A stretch of 64,000 bases of DNA from NCBI GenBank assembly GCA_963810275.1, contig CAWENF010000027.1, positions 1 to 64,000 on the forward strand. The letters run 5' to 3'. Positions 54,769 to 63,510 of the stretch are shown in pieces. Numbering within the stretch: the stretch's first letter is position 1; each line of letters starts with the position of its first letter. The notes below the pieces were generated by a model. The model did not search any database and was not told the origin of the DNA. It was given only the letters and a program-made list of their open reading frames with translations. The stretch comes from an uncultured archaeon. GTDB lineage: Archaea; Thermoproteota; Bathyarchaeia; Bathyarchaeales; Bathycorpusculaceae. Position numbers and translations under genes: made by a program.

Positions 54769-55021
54769 GTCTGGTCCTTGGGGATATGGTTTGGTGATGG
54801 GTTTTAAGCTTACGGTCGGCAGCGAAGTTATTGTCGTTTTTGTCGCTCTGCTTTTAGGTTGGTTGGCTAATTCAACCATGTGTTTTATTCTTATATGCAT
54901 CATTTGTTCAAATTAAAGGGTCATTTTTGCATATGTGTTTACTAATCATTCAGTTTTATATGCGCCAGTTAACTTTATATGCGCCGCAGATGACAAACAC
55001 TATAATATCGAGGAATAAATA

Positions 55022-56005
55022 ATGAGCATTAACGAGTCTGAAGTTAGCAAACTCATCCCCGAAGTACGCACCCTTGTAAACAGAATCGTCAAAGAAAACG
55101 TCGCAGACGGCTTCCTGTTCTCCGCTGGAACCGACACTCAAATCATCGCATACGAAGCAGTAAAATACAAACCTGACATTCCCTGCTTAACCTTGGCCTT
55201 CAAACACGGCCAACCTAAAGACACTGAATACGTAAAAAAAATGGTCGAACTCCTCCATCTAAAACACGAAACCTACCAGTTCGGCAAAGAAGATGTATAC
55301 AAATTCTACCCCAAAGTCGTTGAAGCACTTAAAAAATATGACCCTATGGAAATCCGCAACAGCCTCCCAGTATTCATCGGCTTAACACTGCTTAAACCTA
55401 AAGGCATCAAATCCGTCTTTACCGGCGATGCATTAGATGAACTCTTCGGCTATCCCTGGCAGTTTCACCTGAGCGAGGAACAATTCGCCATAAAGCAGCA
55501 GGAGATGTGGGCTGAAATGGGTTTCTCCTCTTTCCCGATGGCTGAATCTATGGGCATGCAAATTATTGCGCCATATCGCCACCCTGACTTTATGGAGTGG
55601 GCCATGAAGTTGCCGATAAAGTACAAAATTAACATGTACAATGGCGTGAAGTATGGCAAGTGGATTATGCGTAAAGCCTACGAAGACGTTATACCCAACG
55701 ATATCATTTGGAGACCAAAAGCGCCGCTTGAGGCTGGAACAGGCACCGAAACGTTGCGTACCTACTTTAATGATCTTATTGAAGACAAAGAATTCGAGGA
55801 GAAGAAAGCTGCCATCAAAGCTGAAGACGACGTGGAAATCCAAGACAAGGAACAGCTACTTTACTACGAGGTTTTCCGAGAGAAATTTGGCAAACCCAAA
55901 GACGTTTTCCCTAAAGTCGAAGGCGCAATCGAATGTCCCAAATGCCACAGTCACCTTAAGACAAAGATTTCGTTCTGCAAGATTTGCGGCGCGTACCCAA
56001 TCTAA
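55022..56005 (+). CDS. Asparagine-synthetase-like ATP pyrophosphatase lacking a glutaminase domain, with C-terminal zinc ribbon
   Basis: FSAGTDT PP-loop variant, TGDALDELFGY, GKWIMRKA, WRPKAP, CPKC...CKIC. Confidence 0.82.
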   Translation: MSINESEVSKLIPEVRTLVNRIVKENVADGFLFSAGTDTQIIAYEAVKYKPDIPCLTLAFKHGQPKDTEYVKKMVELLHLKHETYQFGKEDVYKFYPKVVEALKKYDPMEIRNSLPVFIGLTLLKPKGIKSVFTGDALDELFGYPWQFHLSEEQFAIKQQEMWAEMGFSSFPMAESMGMQIIAPYRHPDFMEWAMKLPIKYKINMYNGVKYGKWIMRKAYEDVIPNDIIWRPKAPLEAGTGTETLRTYFNDLIEDKEFEEKKAAIKAEDDVEIQDKEQLLYYEVFREKFGKPKDVFPKVEGAIECPKCHSHLKTKISFCKICGAYPI

Positions 56006-56179
56006 CTCTTTTCTTTTTTGTTTTTGTTGTTCTGTTTTTGTACCTGATTGTATACCTGACAGCGACACTCGACTGAAAAAGACAACTCAGAAGCTTAAAG
56101 AAATTACCAAGATCTCTTTGCTAAATGATCAGATAGTGAAAACGAATTTAAAAAACAAAAAAGAAGAAAGAATAAAAAT

Positions 56180-57292
56180 TTACTTTTTGATTTGTGCGAG
56201 TTTTTCTGCCCTCTGCACTTCTTCAAGCAACTTGGGGTTATCACGTAGAACCTTAGGGATATAGTTGCATGCTGGGTCAGAAGCGTACAGGTCACCTGTA
56301 TAGAATTCGGCGCGTGTCCTGCATCCTCCGCAGATTTCTCGATACTCACAGTATCCGCATCTGCCTTTGAGGTTGTTTTTGTCTCTGAGTTTGAGGTGGA
56401 ATTCGCTGTGTTGGAGTTGTTCCCATGCGTCGCTAAGTTTGGTTTCATTGACGTTGCCGACGCGATAGCCTTCGTGGAAGCCGCAGCTGCGGTAGTCACC
56501 GTTTTCGGTGATGCCAATGTAGTTGCCGCCGATGGTGCATCTGCCGAGGTAGCCTTCGTTGTACCATTCCCAGAAATCAGAGGTGTTTTTCTGTTTGACA
56601 ATGCGGGCGTAGAAGGGTGAGTAAACGTTTACTTTGACTTTACCGTAGAGTCGGCGTTGGATGTTGTAAATTTCGTTGAAAGCAGTTTCATATTCTTCTG
56701 GTGTTGGGGCTATGTCTTCCATATGTTCGCCTGCGCGCCCAACCGGCACAAGGTTATGATAAACTACGCTGCGGGCGTGAAAATCTTCTGCTAACTGTGC
56801 AGTGTGGGGCAAGTCTTGGATGTTGAACTTAGTCATAGTTGTGACTAAGCAGTCCAAGAGTCCGACGCTGCTAAGCTGCTTCATAGCGTTTAGGGCTTTT
56901 TCGTAGCCGCCTTGGCGTCTGATTCTGTCGTTTGTCTCTTTGGTGCCATCAATGCTGATAGCGGTCTTTACGTTATACTTTGTTAGTTTGTCAAAGCGGT
57001 CTTTATCCCACGCGTAGCCGCTTGTAATAAGACTCACGTTTAAGCCGTGTTCTTTTTCGGCGTACTCGATGATTTCCCAGATGTCTGGGCGAACCAAAGG
57101 TTCTCCACCGCTGATTCCGAACCATTGCGAACCAAATTCCGCAATCTCATCAACCATGTGTTTGGCTTGTTCGGTGGTTAACTCTTGGTCTTTGGCATAA
57201 TCTTTAATGTAGCTGCAATACGTGCAAGTGCCAACGCAGTTGCGGGTACACCGCCACACAACCATAAACAAGGGCGTTGTGGTTGGATTCAT
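56180..57292 (-). CDS. Radical SAM/SPASM enzyme (NirJ/AhbC/AhbD-like)
   Basis: CVGTCTYC, SGGEPL, RCTIG...SC...CGYC...CGGCRTRA...DPAC. Confidence 0.88.
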   Translation of the reverse strand: MNPTTTPLFMVVWRCTRNCVGTCTYCSYIKDYAKDQELTTEQAKHMVDEIAEFGSQWFGISGGEPLVRPDIWEIIEYAEKEHGLNVSLITSGYAWDKDRFDKLTKYNVKTAISIDGTKETNDRIRRQGGYEKALNAMKQLSSVGLLDCLVTTMTKFNIQDLPHTAQLAEDFHARSVVYHNLVPVGRAGEHMEDIAPTPEEYETAFNEIYNIQRRLYGKVKVNVYSPFYARIVKQKNTSDFWEWYNEGYLGRCTIGGNYIGITENGDYRSCGFHEGYRVGNVNETKLSDAWEQLQHSEFHLKLRDKNNLKGRCGYCEYREICGGCRTRAEFYTGDLYASDPACNYIPKVLRDNPKLLEEVQRAEKLAQIKK

Positions 57293-57406
57293 TTATTTCA
57301 CAGTGGAGAATAGATTTGCCCTGATGATATAAAATTTACTCTGAGATTATGCTTTTCTACTTATTTCCCTTAGTCGCAATGGAGCCACAACTTGGACAAT
57401 TAAATT

Positions 57407-57865
57407 CTACTCACTTGGCGAACCACTTCGCAATCGTCTACTCTGCAAATAACCTTCAGCTGCGAAAACAGTAAACGCCGCCCCAGTAATAAGCGTGAGA
57501 AGTAAGAAGAAAACTTTGAATTCGTAGGTTTCTACCGAAAAATGAATTGCTAAAATCGCAAACTCGACAATCAAGATGCCCAAGAAAATCGCAGCGTACA
57601 AATACATTTTAGGCAGCAGGCGTTTTCCCAGCCAAGTCATTTCCCTAAGGGGTGCCTTGCGTTTAACTGTGTATTCGCCGTACGCGTTTTTAGCTAAATA
57701 GTCGAGGTCTTCGAGTTTTTGCAGGTGCCGATACGCGACACTGGGGCTGCTCAAGTTTACGCCTTTTGTGACTTCTCGAGGGCCCACAGGCGTAGCTTTT
57801 TTGGCTACATATAAGTACACGGTTAAGGTGATTCCTTCAAGTTCCTCGGTGCAGGTTTTTCCCAC
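57407..57865 (-). CDS. HTH regulator with two C-terminal TM helices
   Basis: GPREVTKGVNLSSPSVAYRHLQKL followed by hydrophobic segments. Confidence 0.7.
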   Translation of the reverse strand: MGKTCTEELEGITLTVYLYVAKKATPVGPREVTKGVNLSSPSVAYRHLQKLEDLDYLAKNAYGEYTVKRKAPLREMTWLGKRLLPKMYLYAAIFLGILIVEFAILAIHFSVETYEFKVFFLLLTLITGAAFTVFAAEGYLQSRRLRSGSPSE

Positions 57866-58080
57866 TTCTTGTTCCTCGGCAATACCTGATATTCAGGCCA
57901 GTGCCGTATTAGTTTTGCTTAGTTATCCACTTTTGCTGCTTCTGTGCTTCTGCTGTTTTTGGAAAAAAAGTCTTATTCCACCCTTTAGAACGGAGTTTTC
58001 GCTTGCTTTTTAAGTGTTCGCGAAAAAGTTTAATAAGTGAGCACTCTGAAATACCTCTTCATTTGAGAAGGTTAGAATAA

Positions 58081-59207
58081 ATGAGTAACGAAAACTCAAC
58101 TGAACTAGTTGTAAACCAAGCACCACACATTCATGGTCCAATGACAAAGAATCGCATAATGCAGCTTACTTTCTTCGCAATTCTCGCAGTCACTATCGTT
58201 TCCTCGGCTCTCTGGTCTCAAGTTACTACCCCCTCAGGATGGAACTTGGGTGTAACTGTAGCTCTCGGCGCATTCATAGCAGTCGGCATAGCCGTAGTCG
58301 TTGACCTGTTAATTGGCAAATTAGCCGTAGACAGCGAAGTTAACACTTGGTCAGCAGCCGTCTTCGGTTTAATCGTAATTAACTGTTTCACCCTCGGCTA
58401 CCCAGGCATGGCAGTAGGCATGGAAACTGGCGTACCTGTCGAAGCACCACTCGCATTCTTCTACATAGCATTAATCTCGCTCATAGGTCTCGTTGTTTTC
58501 AAGAAAGTCGCAAGCTTAGCTGGCCACAAACCCGTAAACCCTGCCGCAGCAGCTAAATTCCTTGTCTTGCTTCCAGCAACAGCCACTACTCTACTCACAA
58601 GCTGGCACCTTAAAACTGGCCTGCTTCAGGTACCCTCACTGTCAGGTCCAATCGGCGCTGTTATCGTGGGTGGAAACGGCGGACCAACTGGCTACTTTCA
58701 TTTGCAGGTTACCTACAAACTTGCTACGCTTTACCCACGAGCCCAAGACTCTACCCAGTGTAGAGGAAATTATGTTGTTAACGAAATTCCACGGATGGGT
58801 CGGTGGAGCATAGCAGCATCGCAGTAATAATCGCAGGTGTCGCACTATTCGTTATCGGTCGCAAATACTTCAAATGGAGAATCACCGCAAGCTACCTAGT
58901 CGCAATCGCAATTCTCTCAGTCATGTTCTCAGCAATCTTTGGCGATGCAGACTTTACCACAAGACTGCTCTTCGAACTATTCATAGGTAGCTCAATATTC
59001 ATGGCGTTCTTCATGGCAACAGACCCCGCTACAACACCCTATAATGGCGTAGGACAAATCATCTTCGGCATTGGCTTAGCAGTTTTGACCATACTGATAC
59101 AAACCTTTATGGGCTTCTTCGGCGGTTCACTACTTGCATTACTAATCATGAACCTGATTGTACCGTTCATCGATAAAGTTCGCTTAAACAAACCCTTTGG
59201 AGAGTAA
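58081..59207 (+). CDS. rnfD: RnfD/NqrB-like membrane subunit (frameshifted near 58700-58810)
   Basis: APHIH, SAAVFGL, PVNPAA, FFMATDPATTP, LLIMN, KPFG. Confidence 0.8.
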
Positions 59208-59212
59208 ATAAA

Positions 59213-60493
59213 ATGGCAAACTTAGTATCTATCCCAGAAGTAAAAGATGTCGCGCGAAAAACACCCATCGAAATCTTTCCAGACCCCAAAATCGCAGTAG
59301 TCTTAACCAACCAGCAAGTCGGAGCAACCAACGTTCCAACAGTCAAAGTCGGCGACGCAGTTATAATCGGACAGAAAATCGCAGACGTAGATGCCAAAAT
59401 CAGCGCGCCAGTTCACAGCCCAATCTGCGGTAAAGTCATAAAAATCGAAAATGCATTCAACAGCTGCTTTGAAGCACCAACCGAAGCTATCTACATCGAA
59501 AACGACGGCAAAAAAACTGTTGACAAAGCAATAACACCCATAAAAGAAACAGAGTTAGCAACAACCAAAAACGAGGATCTCCTAAAAATCATCCGTGAAG
59601 CAGGCATCATCGGCATGGGCGGCGCAGGTTTCCCATCATCCGTTAAGTTGGCTGTTCCAGCGGACAAGAAAATCAAGTACCTCCTCGTTAACGGCGCAGA
59701 AGGCGAACCCTACGACACAGCCGACGAACGCATAATGATCGAGAAAACCGCAAACCTAGTTCGCGGTGTTCGCGTTGTACGCAAGATTTTGGGTAACCCC
59801 AAAGTTATCGTTGTCACCAAAGAAAGCAAAGCTGAAGCTGTACCTAAACTTCAACAAGCATTCGCTAACGAACCAGACACTGAAGTTCGCGTGTTGCACC
59901 TCACCTATCAGCAGGGTGACGCAGGCCTGATGCAAAAAGCTATCCTCGGATATGAGCAGCCTTCAGGTAAACGCAGCTATGAAATGGGCACCATCGTCCA
60001 GAACGTAGCCACGATGAACGCAATCGCAAACGCAGTCTTTGAAGGTGAACCTCTCATAAGCAGAGTCACAGCTCTCAACGGTGACTTACCAAAACCAAAG
60101 AACCTGATGGTGAAAATCGGTACCCCAATCAACAACATACTTAGCGCAAACAACGTCTCTAACATTGGTGCGGTTGTCGTCGGCGGAGTAATGATGGGAA
60201 CAGCACTCCAAGAAACCGCCGCTCCCATTACTAAACGTACCTCAAGCATAATTGTCTTCAACAAAGCCCACGCCAAAGCAAAAAAACAAACTGCATGTAT
60301 TCATTGCGGTAGATGTGTCAGCGCATGTCCAGTACGTCTGCAGCCAGTAGCTATCTACAACGCCGTCGTTAAAGGTGACTTCGAGAAGGCATCCAAACTG
60401 TACGCCAAAGACTGTATTATGTGTGGAACTTGCTCGTATGTTTGCCCAGCCAACTTGCCATTAGCGTTCAACGTTAAGATGGCGCGTCAATAG
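59213..60493 (+). CDS. rnfC: RnfC-like flavin/Fe-S oxidoreductase
   Basis: SAPVHSP, GIIGMGGAGFP, NGAEGEPY, GGVMMG, CIHCGRCVSACP, CIMCGTCSYVCP. Confidence 0.9.
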   Translation: MANLVSIPEVKDVARKTPIEIFPDPKIAVVLTNQQVGATNVPTVKVGDAVIIGQKIADVDAKISAPVHSPICGKVIKIENAFNSCFEAPTEAIYIENDGKKTVDKAITPIKETELATTKNEDLLKIIREAGIIGMGGAGFPSSVKLAVPADKKIKYLLVNGAEGEPYDTADERIMIEKTANLVRGVRVVRKILGNPKVIVVTKESKAEAVPKLQQAFANEPDTEVRVLHLTYQQGDAGLMQKAILGYEQPSGKRSYEMGTIVQNVATMNAIANAVFEGEPLISRVTALNGDLPKPKNLMVKIGTPINNILSANNVSNIGAVVVGGVMMGTALQETAAPITKRTSSIIVFNKAHAKAKKQTACIHCGRCVSACPVRLQPVAIYNAVVKGDFEKASKLYAKDCIMCGTCSYVCPANLPLAFNVKMARQ

Positions 60494-60678
60494 CCCCTAT
60501 CTTCCCTTTTTATCTTTTCTTTAATTAATCTCGACTTAGCAACATTATATCTACTTAACGTGTTTGAAGCATATGTCCTTTATGCTGGTTATTATGACAT
60601 TATTTTTTAACATACCAAGCTTTCAAGCATTAAACTTATAAACCCGCCACAATGTAAAGATAAAGTAAAGGGAAAAAA

Positions 60679-61344
60679 ATGGCAGAAGATAACAGATTTA
60701 AACTATCAGACATTTTCGGCGGCATTATAATTCCCATAATTCTAGTAATACTAATCTATGTTTTGGCGGTCTACGTTAACATTGGCGGTCAGAATCACAT
60801 TCTTGGTGAAGATAATGTCATTGGTGTGATTCTGACAAGCGGCTTTGCACAGATGATTATTCTTGGTGTCCCACTTGTGTTGGGTTTGCTGTGGAATAAA
60901 TGGGCTGGTGGAGCTGCAGGTTTCATCATGGGTGGTATGTACTACGTTGCAAGTGCAGGTCAATACAATGGACTCTTTTCAAGCATGGGCGTTACTCAAT
61001 ATAATTTCTTTGGCGATGTGAGTATGCTCTTCTGGATAGTTTACGGTGTAACCATCGGCTACATGGCAGGCTCATTAAACAATGGATCAACCAACTTTAA
61101 ACGAATGCTCCTCTCTGGTCTAACTGCTTCGATAATAATTTCGGTCGTCAAAGCATACATGAACTACACTGTTGCGCTTGAACCTGGACGAAACATGGCA
61201 GTAGACGCTTGGGCAGTAGATCCATTGATGGCAGTTGTAACAAACTTTGTACCCCTGATTGCTTTAGGTGTGATCGTTCCGATTCTTGCCAAAGTAATGA
61301 CTTGGTACGGCCTTCAGCCACAAAAGCACAGTATGGGCTATTAA
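60679..61344 (+). CDS. Uncharacterised integral membrane protein (ECF S-component-like), copy 1
   Basis: About 6 hydrophobic segments, LGLLWNKWAGGAAGFIMG. Confidence 0.65.
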   Translation: MAEDNRFKLSDIFGGIIIPIILVILIYVLAVYVNIGGQNHILGEDNVIGVILTSGFAQMIILGVPLVLGLLWNKWAGGAAGFIMGGMYYVASAGQYNGLFSSMGVTQYNFFGDVSMLFWIVYGVTIGYMAGSLNNGSTNFKRMLLSGLTASIIISVVKAYMNYTVALEPGRNMAVDAWAVDPLMAVVTNFVPLIALGVIVPILAKVMTWYGLQPQKHSMGY

Positions 61345-62010
61345 ACAAAAAAGGGATAAAACATGGCAGAAAACAAACTTAAAATATCATCAATCTTAGA
61401 CGGCATAGCAATTCCGTTAATATTAGTCCTGCTCGTTTTTGTTTTTGCGGTCTACATTAACGTTGGCGGTCAAAATCACATTCTCGGTGCAGATAATGTC
61501 ATTGCAGTGATTCTTGTCTCAGGCTTTGCAGAAATGATCATCCTTGGTATCCCGCTTGTTCTAGGTTTGCTCTGGAATAAATGGGCTGGTGGAGCTGCTG
61601 GCTTCATCATGGGTGGTATGTACTACGTTGCAAGTGCAGGTCAATACAATGGACTCTTTTCAAGCATGGGCGTTACTCAATATAATTTCTTTGGCGATGT
61701 GAGTATGCTCTTCTGGATAGTTTACGGTGTAACCATCGGCTACATGGCAGGCTCATTAAACAATGGATCAACCAACTTTAAACGAATGCTAGGCGCAGGC
61801 TTAACTGCTTCGATAATAATTTCGGTCGTCAAAGCATACATGAACTACACTGTTGCGCTTGAACCTGGACGAAACATGGCAGTAGACGCTTGGGCAGTAG
61901 ATCCATTGATGGCAGTTGTAACAAACTTTGTACCCCTGATTGCTTTAGGTGTGATCGTTCCGATTCTTGCCAAAGTAATGACTTGGTACGGCCTTCAGCC
62001 ACAAAAGCAC
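60892..62010 (+). repeat. 438-bp near-identical direct repeat (60892-61329 and 61573-62010)
   Basis: Sequences match apart from two small clusters of substitutions. Confidence 0.9.
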
Positions 62011-62022
62011 ATGGGATACTAA
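61363..62022 (+). CDS. Uncharacterised integral membrane protein, copy 2
   Basis: Near-identical to the preceding gene. Confidence 0.65.
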   Translation: MAENKLKISSILDGIAIPLILVLLVFVFAVYINVGGQNHILGADNVIAVILVSGFAEMIILGIPLVLGLLWNKWAGGAAGFIMGGMYYVASAGQYNGLFSSMGVTQYNFFGDVSMLFWIVYGVTIGYMAGSLNNGSTNFKRMLGAGLTASIIISVVKAYMNYTVALEPGRNMAVDAWAVDPLMAVVTNFVPLIALGVIVPILAKVMTWYGLQPQKHMGY

Positions 62023-62105
62023 ATCTCCACTTTCTTTTCTTTTTTGTTTAAAACTTTTCAATAGAACCCTAAAACGCAGATTTCTAAAATAATAAGAAAA
62101 GAAAC

Positions 62106-63410
62106 TTAGGTTTCTTTTTGGCTTGGAGCAAATTCCCAAGCAATATTGCCTTTCCAAAGTTCGCCTTTCTTTGTCAAGCGGACTTCGTTTTCATCAGTCT
62201 CAAGTAGGCCCTCAGCTTTTAGCTTATCAATCTGCTTGGGAAACACCGCTTCAGGGGTGGTGCCAAATTTCTCCATGAACTCTTTTTTGCTTACAGGCAA
62301 CCTGAGGTACAATCTGGACATAGTGCGGCGCATCATATCATCCATCGTAGACTCAGATAATCTGGAGATGGGCAGTTTGCCTGAACGTACCGTATCCATG
62401 TAGGTATGGATGTCTTCGATGTTTGAGTAGCTGAACTTTTGTAGGTAACCCATGAAGCATCCTGCACCTGTAGTTAAGATGCCGCCCCATGGCCACCCGT
62501 TAAGGCAGTTTTCACGCATGTGCCACTCGACGCGGCTATAGCGGTCGTGTCCAACTGCGCTGTAGCCTGCCTTCATGAGTGTTTCGTGGGCTTTCATGAA
62601 GAGTTGCTTTTCGAATTCTGCGTTGCCCTGTGGAGGGGAAGTGCCGTTTTGAATCATCTTTTCAAGGATGGTTCCGGGGTCAACGTGCAGTGAGTAGCAG
62701 TCTACTTCTGCGTCTAACTCGATGGTTTTTTTGAGTGTATCTTCCCAGCTATCCATTGTTTGGCCGGGTAGGTTGTACATGATGTCTACGCATACAACTA
62801 AGCCTAAACTGCGGGCGTATCTGATAGCATCTTCAACGTCTTTTGCGCTGTCTGGCAAACAGAGGGCTTTGCGTAGTTTGTCGTCAAAGGTTTGTGCACC
62901 CATGTCCATCTGGTAGACACCATAGTCGGCGAGTTTCTTTATTTTTGGGATAGCTAACGTTTTGGATGAGCCAGTGACTTTGATAAAGTATTCTTTGCTT
63001 GTGTTAAAGTTGGCTTTGCAGAAGTCGATCAAGTCGATGATTTGCTCCGCACTCAGCACACTGGGTGTTCCACCGCCCAATACGATTTCGTCGAAGTAGC
63101 TTGTTTTTACGTACTTCGTTTTTGCATACATTGTCAGTTCTTTTTTGAGCAGGGTCAGGTATGTATCTATGTCGACGTTTCGCGACGCGGTGGTTGGGAA
63201 GTAGCAAAACGCGCAGCGGCTGTCGCAAACCGAAACCCACGGTTGCAGCTCCATTAGTCTACCTGAGGTGTTTTCGGTGTCTAGAAACTTCATGAATGCT
63301 TCGTAGGTTTCTGGTTTGATGTCAGGATAATCACGGTAGGTGTATGGGGGCCAGTTTTCACGTGAGTCATACGCTTCTATCTGGTCTGCGGTTGCAGAGG
63401 TTTTTGCCAT
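62106..63410 (-). CDS. HemN/HemW-like (class C-type) radical SAM enzyme
   Basis: CDSRCAFCYF, LGGGTPS, MGAQTF, DIMYNLPGQT, RLTKKG. Confidence 0.85.
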   Translation of the reverse strand: MAKTSATADQIEAYDSRENWPPYTYRDYPDIKPETYEAFMKFLDTENTSGRLMELQPWVSVCDSRCAFCYFPTTASRNVDIDTYLTLLKKELTMYAKTKYVKTSYFDEIVLGGGTPSVLSAEQIIDLIDFCKANFNTSKEYFIKVTGSSKTLAIPKIKKLADYGVYQMDMGAQTFDDKLRKALCLPDSAKDVEDAIRYARSLGLVVCVDIMYNLPGQTMDSWEDTLKKTIELDAEVDCYSLHVDPGTILEKMIQNGTSPPQGNAEFEKQLFMKAHETLMKAGYSAVGHDRYSRVEWHMRENCLNGWPWGGILTTGAGCFMGYLQKFSYSNIEDIHTYMDTVRSGKLPISRLSESTMDDMMRRTMSRLYLRLPVSKKEFMEKFGTTPEAVFPKQIDKLKAEGLLETDENEVRLTKKGELWKGNIAWEFAPSQKET

Positions 63411-63510
63411 TGAAATATATCCCCTATTGATTTACGTTAAAACGGGCTGGTAACGTAATAAAGTTTACTGGTTCAAAGGTAAATTTGAGAAAAATTTGGA
63501 AAGGCACTTT

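Noticed and set aside
55653-56601. Long overlapping ORFs (55653-56264, 56104-56601) and other antisense ORFs in the track
   Set aside because: Shadow frames of well-supported genes with biased, non-protein-like composition
55022-57292. Lasso peptide or other RiPP cluster
   Set aside because: No precursor peptide, RRE/PqqD or lasso B protease nearby; tldD/pmbA are about 40 kb away in a housekeeping context
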